This document shows positions 9,259-16,913 of a DNA stretch of 64,000 nt, in pieces. The notes below the pieces were generated by a model. That model was not told where the DNA came from. It did not search any database and saw only the letters and a program-made list of their open reading frames with translations. The translations under genes and the position numbers were made by a program. This DNA is from Vicinamibacteria bacterium (GTDB lineage Bacteria; Acidobacteriota; Vicinamibacteria; Marinacidobacterales; Marinacidobacteraceae). Location of the stretch: contig OZ219816.1 of the NCBI GenBank assembly GCA_964291235.2, positions 1,344,001 through 1,408,000 on the forward strand, in the 5' to 3' direction. Every line of letters begins with the position of its first letter. Within the stretch, counting starts at the first letter, position 1.

Positions 9259-10062
9259 ATGCGAGATCTGAACAAGGTTGTTCTGCGCGGAGTGGTTTCC
9301 GACGCTCCCCGAACCCGCGTCTTTGACGACGGACGCAAGCTCGTGAGCCTGAACGTCAAGACCGTGACCATCGAAAACGACGAGAAGGGTGCGATGCGGG
9401 AACGGCCTGCCTGGCACCGGGTCGAAGTCCGCGGCGAGCGGAATTCCGAAACCGCCGAGAGAATGGCTCCCGACAGCCCCGTGTACGTGGAAGGACGCCT
9501 GCGAACCCGCAAGTACCAACGAGACGGTGAGGACGTGTACGTCACCGAGATTCGCGCCGAAATCGTGCGCGAAACCGAAAACCCGGACCCTCACATCAAC
9601 CGTTCGATCGTCCTGGGAAATCTGGGGAGGACACCGGAACTCAAGCGATTCGATTCCTTCATGGTCATGAACCTGGCCGTGGCCACGAGCGAAACGTGGT
9701 CCCGCCGGGACGGGGAGACCGGAGAAGAGACCGAATGGCACCAGGTCGCGGTGTTCGGAGAAGCCGCCCAGCGCCTCGATGGACAGCTCGAGAAGGGGCA
9801 GCGAGTCCTGGTGGACGGGCTCCTGCAGAGCCGGAAGTACAACGACCGGAGCGGCCGGGAACGCCGAGTCACGGAAACCCGGGCTCATTCGGTGCTGGGG
9901 AGCGGCAGCTCACGTCCCGGCAGATCCGACGGCGGAAACCCAGCTTCAACGGGGGGATTCGATGCGAACTCCGGGCGACGCAAGGCTGAGCGGCAACCCG
10001 ACGCCTGGGGATCGAGCGGAGTGAATACCAGCGACGACGACGGAGACGACGTCCCGTTCTGA
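9259..10062 (+). CDS. ssb: Single-stranded DNA-binding protein with two tandem OB folds
   Basis: OB1 LNKVVLRG...WHRV...VYVEGRLRTRKY; OB2 INRSIVLGNLG...EWHQV...VLVDGLLQSRKY; Gly-rich tail ending DDVPF; SD AAGGAG at 9245-9250. Confidence 0.9.
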   Translation: MRDLNKVVLRGVVSDAPRTRVFDDGRKLVSLNVKTVTIENDEKGAMRERPAWHRVEVRGERNSETAERMAPDSPVYVEGRLRTRKYQRDGEDVYVTEIRAEIVRETENPDPHINRSIVLGNLGRTPELKRFDSFMVMNLAVATSETWSRRDGETGEETEWHQVAVFGEAAQRLDGQLEKGQRVLVDGLLQSRKYNDRSGRERRVTETRAHSVLGSGSSRPGRSDGGNPASTGGFDANSGRRKAERQPDAWGSSGVNTSDDDGDDVPF

Positions 10063-10090
10063 CCGCGAGCGGCCGCGGGGCGGGGCGCGG

Positions 10091-10130
10091 AAAATAAAAA
10101 AGACCGCACCAGCACTCTGGATCGAGGTCT
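10091..10130 (-). terminator. Possible intrinsic terminator on the minus strand
   Basis: Imperfect hairpin AGACC...CCAG-AGTG-CTGG...GGTCT followed on the minus strand by TTTTTATTTT. Confidence 0.35.
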
Positions 10131-10307
10131 GCGCCCCGCATCCGGACCGCGGGACTGCTTTGCCTGATTCCGTAAAGGCGATCGGCGAGGCGCCGCTGGC
10201 GCTCTCCCGGCTGCCGTGCCGAGCGGCAGGTCGGCGCAGTCCTGCTGGTAGGGCTTTTCTTGCCCATCCCGGTCCGTGACCCTCCACCATCCTTCACTCT
10301 GGCATAC

Positions 10308-10328
10308 CAGACAAATGTCTGTTATGCT
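10308..10328 (+). promoter_or_regulatory. Candidate LexA operator CAGACA-AA-TGTCTG overlapping an extended -10 (TGnTATGCT) of the lexA promoter
   Basis: Perfect 6-bp-arm palindrome at 10308-10321; TATGCT at 10323-10328, 6 nt before the lexA ATG. Confidence 0.6.
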
Positions 10329-10334
10329 GCGTAC

Positions 10335-10958
10335 ATGCCCAAAACGCCACCGGGACAGACCCGGAATCGGATCTTCGGCTTTGTCCGTGATCGTCTGCTG
10401 CAGGGGGACTCCCCTTCCCTTCGCGAAGTGCAGCGGCATTTCGGCTTTCGAGCCGTGGAGACCGTGCGGGCCCACCTCACCGCTCTCGTGGAAGAAGGGC
10501 GCCTGGCCAAGGAGTCGGGCCGCTCCCGCGGCTACCGATTGCCCTCTCCGGCGTCAGGCTGGTCTTCCAACCGCCCGCAGCCAGTCCCCCTGCTGGGAGA
10601 GGTCGCCGCCGGAGGTTTCGAAGAAGCCATTGAGAACCCGGAGGGGAATCTCCCGGTAGAAATCCCCGATTCCCGGGATCTTTCGGACTACTTCGCACTC
10701 CGGGTGCGGGGGGAAAGCATGTCCGGCGCCGGCATCCTGCCCGGCGACACCGTCATCGTCGAACGCCGGACCACTCCCGTTTCCGGCCAGATCGTGGTGG
10801 CGCTTCTCGAAGAAGAAGCCACGGTGAAGCGACTTCACCTGGGACGGGACGGGATGGAGTTGCGGCCGGAAAACCCCGATTTCCAAACACTCCGTCCACC
10901 TCCCGGATCCTGCCGAATCCTGGGAAGAGTCGTGGAATTGCGACGCCAAATTCGCTGA
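10335..10958 (+). CDS. lexA: LexA repressor (imuA-imuB-dnaE2 cassette-associated type)
   Basis: wHTH (PSLREVQRHFGF), Ala-Gly cleavage site VAAG, catalytic Ser GESM and Lys TVKR; start set at ATG 10335. Confidence 0.93.
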   Translation: MPKTPPGQTRNRIFGFVRDRLLQGDSPSLREVQRHFGFRAVETVRAHLTALVEEGRLAKESGRSRGYRLPSPASGWSSNRPQPVPLLGEVAAGGFEEAIENPEGNLPVEIPDSRDLSDYFALRVRGESMSGAGILPGDTVIVERRTTPVSGQIVVALLEEEATVKRLHLGRDGMELRPENPDFQTLRPPPGSCRILGRVVELRRQIR

Positions 10959-11011
10959 ACACCCCCTCAATACCGAATCCCCCAATTCTGAATTCCAGCC
11001 AAGAGAAAACC

Positions 11012-11977
11012 GTGATGCAACAAACCCTTGCTCCCGTCTTGCCCAAGGCTTTGCCCGGACTCCTCCCCGAGGTTTTGCCCGAACTCCAACCCGAGCGGCA
11101 GGGATCCCCTTCCCGATTGCATCCCCAACTCTCGTCCCAGCCCCGCACGACAAAGTCTCCCGACTCCGAAAAACCTCCTCACGGAATTGCAACGCCTCCA
11201 GTCCCCCGCTCTGCCCCTGATACGAGACTCGCAAGGTGGGAGCTTGCCCGGCTTGCCGGCAGCCTGGTGGAGATATCCGGAACGGCTGATTCTGGAGTCT
11301 TGTCTTCAGCGCTCGCGCTCGTTGCCGAAGCCCAGCACCATCAAGCCAAACACGAAAAAACCAGACCTCACAAAAACCGCAGCCGGCATCCTGCTCCGAA
11401 TTCCGCTTTCCACCCGGCTCCTGCCCTGGTGGCCTGGATCGCAACGACCCGCAGCCTCTTCTTCCCTCCAGACGCGGTGGAATCCGGGATCGCTCTGGAT
11501 CGACTGGTCCTGCTCCGCCTGGAAACGCCGGTGGCGCAGATCCGCGCCGCCACCCGGATTGTCCACTCGGGAGCTTTCGGATTGGTGATCGTGGACCTCG
11601 CCGATTCGCTCCCGCCAGAAAAATCCCACGTGACTCCCGGGCAGCGTCAAGGCCCGAAAGTCCGGAGCCTGATTTCCCCGCCGGACACTTTCCCGGCAAT
11701 CCCTCCTCTGTCACGGCTTGCCGGACTCGCGCACAAATACCGAACCGCCATCGTCCTGTTGACCGACAAACCGCCCGCCGCTCCTTCGCTTGATCCCCGG
11801 GTGGGGAAACGCTTCGACGCGAGCCGCCGGGACAACGACGTCGTCGTCACCGTTCTCAAAGACAAGGGCAACAGGATTTCACCCTCCTCCGGATTCCCGC
11901 CGGCCCACGGCGGAGACCGCCTTCTTCCCGGATTCCGTTTCGAAAGGAAATGCCGTGAGCCGGCTGGCATGTGTTGA
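11012..11977 (+). CDS. imuA: ImuA-like RecA-fold protein
   Basis: LAGSLVEISG, VAWI...FFPPDAVESGIALDRLVLLR, HSGAFGLVIVDL; between lexA and imuB; start uncertain because of a low-complexity N-terminus. Confidence 0.75.
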   Translation: MMQQTLAPVLPKALPGLLPEVLPELQPERQGSPSRLHPQLSSQPRTTKSPDSEKPPHGIATPPVPRSAPDTRLARWELARLAGSLVEISGTADSGVLSSALALVAEAQHHQAKHEKTRPHKNRSRHPAPNSAFHPAPALVAWIATTRSLFFPPDAVESGIALDRLVLLRLETPVAQIRAATRIVHSGAFGLVIVDLADSLPPEKSHVTPGQRQGPKVRSLISPPDTFPAIPPLSRLAGLAHKYRTAIVLLTDKPPAAPSLDPRVGKRFDASRRDNDVVVTVLKDKGNRISPSSGFPPAHGGDRLLPGFRFERKCREPAGMC

Positions 11978-13600
11978 CGTTCCGGCGCTACCACTCCAGA
12001 TCCTGCTGCGGCGACATCCCGAATGGCGATCGGAACCGGTGGCGGTGGTTACCGAAGACAAGGTGCAGGCGCGGGTTTGCTGGGCGAACCGGAAGGCGAT
12101 CACTCTCGGGGTGCGTCCGGGAATGCAACAGACTGCTGCCGTCGCCTGCTGCCCCGCGCTTCGGGCCAGCCATATCCGTGCTTCGGAAGTAGAGCGAGAA
12201 GCTCGCTCTCTGGCTGAGCGGCTCCAGCATTGGAGTCCTCAGATCGAATCGGCTTCATCCCCTTCGGCTTCACTCACTGCCCCTCAACTGTCCGAATTCG
12301 GCGCTGCCGGAGTCTTCTGGCTTCGGGCATCCGCCTGGCGGGATTGTTCGGGCCACTTTCGGATTGGGCTGACACACTCCGCAAGGATCTCGGGAAAGAG
12401 GGTTTTCACGCCTCGGTCGCGGTGGGCTTCTCCCGGTTCGGCACCTTTGCGGCGGCGCGGGCCATGTACGGGCTGCAAATCTTCGAAAGCCCCGCCGAAG
12501 AAAAAACCGCTGCCCTGAGGGCGCCGCTCGTCCGCTTCGGCCTACCGGAGAAAACCCTCGCCGGACTGGAAAAACTCGGCATCTCTTCCCTGCGGGATCT
12601 GCTGCGGTTGTCCGGGAAAGGACTCGCGAACCGCTTCGGGAAAGAAGTCCTCGCACTCCATCGTCTCGCATCCGGGGAGCACTCTCCGGCTTCCAGCATT
12701 TTTTCTCCACAAACGCCGGTGGAACTCCGGATCTCCTTCGAGCCACCCGAGACCGATATCGAACGGCTCATCTTCCACGCGAAGCGCCTCCTCGACCAGA
12801 TCCTTGCCGAACTCGGGAAACAGGGCCTTGCGATCACCGAACTCGCCTACGAAGTGGAGTGCGAAGACGCTCCACCGGTTTCCGGATCGGTCCGTCCCGC
12901 CCTTCCCACCGAAGACGGCGTGAAGCTTCTTTCCCTGCTCCGCCTGCGGCTCGGGGCCGCTTCGCCCGGGAACCGAACACCCGGAAAGCAGACACCCGTC
13001 GGGCCAGGAGTGCTCCAGGGTTCGGCAGATCAACCGGGAAGAAGAATTCTCGGCCTCGTTCTCCGGGCTCTCGGTGGCATCTACGTCTCCGAACAGCCCG
13101 GCCTGTATCAAGCCTCTGGAGGGACTCTTCCCACGAGTCCGAAAAAAGCGGCGGAAGCGCTTGCCCAGATCCGGGCCGAATTCGGTGAGGACTCTCTGGT
13201 CCGCCTGGAAACCCGGGACGCGCACCTTCCCCGGGGACGCTATCGATGCCGGCCGATCTCTCCCGAAGAGGCCGTCCTCCGGAATCCGGGCAAAAGCTCC
13301 CCGAAGGGTTTTTTCGAGACCCGGACGCCACGCCTGATTCGCCGCATCTACGACCAGCCGCTCATTCTTCCCCATCGGGGTTCGGGCGAACCCGATGGCT
13401 GGTTGCTCCGGGGGATCGAACACGGACCCGTTCAGGGGTTTACCGGTCCCTTTCGAATCTCCGGAGGCTGGTGGCGCCTGCTTTCGGGACGCCCCATCTC
13501 CCGCGACTACTTCTTTGTCCGCCTGAAACGCGGCGATGTCTGCTGGGTTTTCTATGACCGCGAGCGACGCTCGTGGTTTCTCGAGGGCCGCGTCGAATAA
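11955..13600 (+). pseudogene. imuB: ImuB (inactive Y-family polymerase), split by a single-base frameshift near 12333 (pseudogene or assembly error)
   Basis: GTG 11955 MSRLACVDVPALPLQ...GVFWLRAS continues in another frame as LAGLFGPLSDWA...; clamp-like QPGLY; C-terminal GGWWR..RDYFFV..WVFYD..WFLEG. Confidence 0.85.
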
Positions 13601-13636
13601 CGGATCTCCAGCAGCCTGTAGCCATCAATCCGGAAT

Positions 13637-16600
13637 TTGTACTTTCCGCTTTTCTGCAAGAGCAACGCTTCCTTCCTGGAAGGAGCAAGTCACCCCGAGG
13701 AATTGGTCGAAGAGGCCCACGCCCTCGGCCTCCCCGGCTTTGCACTCACGGACCGGAACGGCCTCTACGGAGCCGTCAAGGCCCATGTGGCGGCCCGGGA
13801 GCGCGGGGTCCGGTTGGTACTCGGCGCCGAAACGTCGGTGGCCGCTACCGGAGACGAGCAGGGCCGGCAAAGCGAACCGGGAAGCATCCTCCTGCTTGCC
13901 CGGAACCGGGATGGCTATCGGAACCTGTGCCGGCTTCTGACCCGGGGGCTGTTGCGAGGTCCCGGCGTCACCCCTGAAAAAGATTCGCTAGAAGCACCGC
14001 CGCGTTCCAAAACGGGCGGTCGGCCATCCCGCAAGGGAACCGCCGGAGTTTCCTGGACCGAGATCGCTTCGCATGCCGAGGGGCTCCACGCGCTCTGGGG
14101 AGGCGGCCTTGGTGCCCTCAAACAGGAAGCTCCTCCCGACCAGCCGGCGAATCTGCTCCGGGAAGCTTTCGGGGAAAACCTTCATGTCCTCGTTACCCGG
14201 CACCGCGCGGACAGTGACGTTCCGGAAGAGGCCCTACTTCGCAAGCGGGCAGAGCGGTACCGGATCCCGATCGCCGCCGCCACCGAGGTCCTCTACCACC
14301 GCCCGGGCCGCCGGGAATTACAGGATGTGCTCACCGCCATCCGTCACGGCGTGCCGCTTCGGGAAGCCGGGCGGCGTCTGCTCCCGAACGCCGAGCACTA
14401 CCTGCTGTCCCCTGCCCTGTTCGCGGACCTCTTTGCCGACGACCCGGTTGCGGTTGACCGAACCCTGGAAATCGCCGAGCGGTGCCAGTTTTCACTCGAC
14501 GAACTCCGCTACCGCTATCCCGCCGAAGACCTCGAGGGAATGCAGTCTTCCACCCGGCTTCGGGAACTGGCGTTCGAAGGCGCCGCCGAGCGGTATCCCG
14601 GCGGCATCCCGCAGGCCGTCAGACAGCAACTGGACAAGGAACTGGCCCTGATCCATGAACTCGACTACGGCGGATATTTCCTCACCATGGTCGAGATCGT
14701 CCGTTTCTGCCGCGAGCGGGAAATTCTCTGTCAGGGACGAGGTTCCGCCGCAAACTCCGCGGTTTGCTACTGCCTCGGGATCACCGCGGTGGATCCGGTA
14801 CGGATGGGACTGCTGTTCGAACGGTTCCTTTCCCGGGAACGCGCCGAACCCCCTGACATCGACCTCGACATCATGCATTCGCGCCGGGAAGAGGTCATCC
14901 AGTTCCTGTACCGCAGATACGGCGAGGGACGCGCTGCCATGGTGGCCAATACCGTCTGCTACCGGACCCGGTCCGCGATCCGGGACGTGGGCAAGGCGCT
15001 CGGGTTTTCCGAGCGCTCCGTGGATCGGCTGGCCCGCGCCTTTTCCCACTACGAACCACTTTCAAGGGACCGGCTGGCCGCCGCCGGCTGGAGTTCGGAG
15101 GGGCCGGCAGCCCGGCACTTCCTCCGGCTCGCGAACGAAATTCAGGGGTTTCCCCGGCACCTCTCGATCCATCCCGGCGGGTTCCTCCTCGGCGAAGAAC
15201 CGGTTTCCCACATCGTGCCGGTCGAAAACGCCGCGATGGAGGGGAGAACGGTGATTCAGTGGAACAAGGACGACATCGAAGAGCTCGGTCTGTTCAAGGT
15301 GGACCTGCTGGGACTCGGAGCCCTCACCCAGCTGGATCTCGCTTTCCGACTGCTCAAGGACTCCCGAGGTCTCGATCTGTCCATGGACGCCATCCCGGCT
15401 GACGATCCGGAGACCTTCGCCATGATCCGGAAGGCCGCAACCGTGGGGGTTTTCCAGATCGAAAGCCGGGCTCAGATGGCCATGTTGCCACGGCTTCAGC
15501 CCCGGAACTACTACGACCTGGTGATCGAAGTGAGTATCGTCCGCCCCGGGCCCATCGCCGGCGGCATGGTGCATCCCTACCTTCGCCGCCGGCGGGGTGA
15601 AGAAACCGTGGAATATCCGCACCCTTCCCTCCGGCCCGTTCTGGCAAAGACCCTTGGAGTGCCGCTGTTTCAGGAGCAGGTAATGCGGCTCGCGGTGGTC
15701 GCCGCCGACTACACCGCCGGCGAAGCCGATCAGCTCCGCCGCGACATGGCCGCCTGGCGGCGCACGGGCCGAATGGAGCGGCATCGGAGTCGCCTGCTTT
15801 CCCGCATGTGCGCCAAGGGGATCGCTCCCGAGTTCGCAAAACGGGTGTTCGAGCAGATCCAGGGATTCGGGGAATACGGCTTTCCCGAAAGCCACGCCGC
15901 CAGCTTCGCCCTCATCAGCTATGCCGGCGCTTTTCTGCTCCGTCACTATCCCGCGGAGTTCGCGTGTGCGCTGCTGAATGCGCAGCCGATGGGTTTTTAC
16001 TCTCCGGCGACGATCATCGAGGACGCCAAGCGGCGGGGAGTGCGCTTTCTCCCGGTGGACGTGACCACGAGCCTCTGGGATTGCTCTTTGGTTGCCGGTT
16101 CCGTCCCTTCGAACAAGCTCGCCAGACCCGATGTCCGCCTGGGACTGCGCTACGTGAAGGGACTCGGGTCCGTCGATGGAGAGAAGATCGTGGCGGCTCG
16201 CCGGGAATCACCCTTTGCTTGTGTCGCCACGCTGGCGCGTCGTGCCGCACTTGGGAAAAAGACGATGGTGGCGCTCGCCGAGGCGGATGCACTCCGGAAC
16301 CTGGGGCCGAAAAGCCGCCGCGACGCCGTCTGGCAGACACTCGCCCTGGCGCCGAAAAGCCTGACACCGGAAGATCCGCCCCTCCTGCAGGAAACCGTTC
16401 CCCGCTTCGCACCGCTGGACCGCTTCGAGTCGATTGCGTGGGACCATCGGACCACGGGCAGCAGCACCCGGGGCCATCCCCTGTTGCCGCTTCGCAGCCA
16501 ACTGGCCGCCGCGGGACTCCCTACCGCCCGCGAGGTAACGGAGTTTCGAAACGGAAGCCGTGCGCGTTACGCGGGGATCGTGATCTGCCGGCAGCGGCCG

Positions 16601-16843
16601 GGGACCGCTTCCGGAGTGGTGTTCATGACCCTCGAGGACGAAACCGGGTTCGTGAACCTCATCCTCTGGCCGGACATCTTTGAAACGCACCGGCACCTGG
16701 CCCAGACCCTGTCGTTCCTCGGGGCCGCCGGCCGGGTTCAGGCTGAACAGGGCTCCACGCACATCGTGGTGGAGCGACTCTTCCGGCCGAAGATTTCAAA
16801 GACTCCGGTGCCGCCGGAAGTTCCGAGCCGGGACTTCCATTGA
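13637..16843 (+). CDS. dnaE2: Error-prone DNA polymerase DnaE2 (ImuC)
   Basis: PHP start SNASFLEGASHPEEL, CQGRGSAANSAVCY, PPDIDLD, C-terminal SRDFH motif diagnostic of DnaE2. Confidence 0.95.
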   Translation: MYFPLFCKSNASFLEGASHPEELVEEAHALGLPGFALTDRNGLYGAVKAHVAARERGVRLVLGAETSVAATGDEQGRQSEPGSILLLARNRDGYRNLCRLLTRGLLRGPGVTPEKDSLEAPPRSKTGGRPSRKGTAGVSWTEIASHAEGLHALWGGGLGALKQEAPPDQPANLLREAFGENLHVLVTRHRADSDVPEEALLRKRAERYRIPIAAATEVLYHRPGRRELQDVLTAIRHGVPLREAGRRLLPNAEHYLLSPALFADLFADDPVAVDRTLEIAERCQFSLDELRYRYPAEDLEGMQSSTRLRELAFEGAAERYPGGIPQAVRQQLDKELALIHELDYGGYFLTMVEIVRFCREREILCQGRGSAANSAVCYCLGITAVDPVRMGLLFERFLSRERAEPPDIDLDIMHSRREEVIQFLYRRYGEGRAAMVANTVCYRTRSAIRDVGKALGFSERSVDRLARAFSHYEPLSRDRLAAAGWSSEGPAARHFLRLANEIQGFPRHLSIHPGGFLLGEEPVSHIVPVENAAMEGRTVIQWNKDDIEELGLFKVDLLGLGALTQLDLAFRLLKDSRGLDLSMDAIPADDPETFAMIRKAATVGVFQIESRAQMAMLPRLQPRNYYDLVIEVSIVRPGPIAGGMVHPYLRRRRGEETVEYPHPSLRPVLAKTLGVPLFQEQVMRLAVVAADYTAGEADQLRRDMAAWRRTGRMERHRSRLLSRMCAKGIAPEFAKRVFEQIQGFGEYGFPESHAASFALISYAGAFLLRHYPAEFACALLNAQPMGFYSPATIIEDAKRRGVRFLPVDVTTSLWDCSLVAGSVPSNKLARPDVRLGLRYVKGLGSVDGEKIVAARRESPFACVATLARRAALGKKTMVALAEADALRNLGPKSRRDAVWQTLALAPKSLTPEDPPLLQETVPRFAPLDRFESIAWDHRTTGSSTRGHPLLPLRSQLAAAGLPTAREVTEFRNGSRARYAGIVICRQRPGTASGVVFMTLEDETGFVNLILWPDIFETHRHLAQTLSFLGAAGRVQAEQGSTHIVVERLFRPKISKTPVPPEVPSRDFH

Positions 16844-16913
16844 TCGGACGCCCCGGCAGCCTGTGGCCGAACGTACGCGGCCCTCGGCGCTCCCGCGAGT
16901 CCACCACCGGCTG

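Noticed and set aside
10149-10210. Glycine-riboswitch-like words on the minus strand (CGGGAGAG...CGCCGA...TCAGGCAAA)
   Set aside because: The conserved GAAG/CUCUCAGG pairing is absent and there is no downstream gene on that strand; kept only as a generic structured-RNA candidate
10152-10242. Cloverleaf resembling a tRNA
   Set aside because: No TTCRA T-loop, no 7-nt anticodon loop in the right position, no D-loop GG and no CCA
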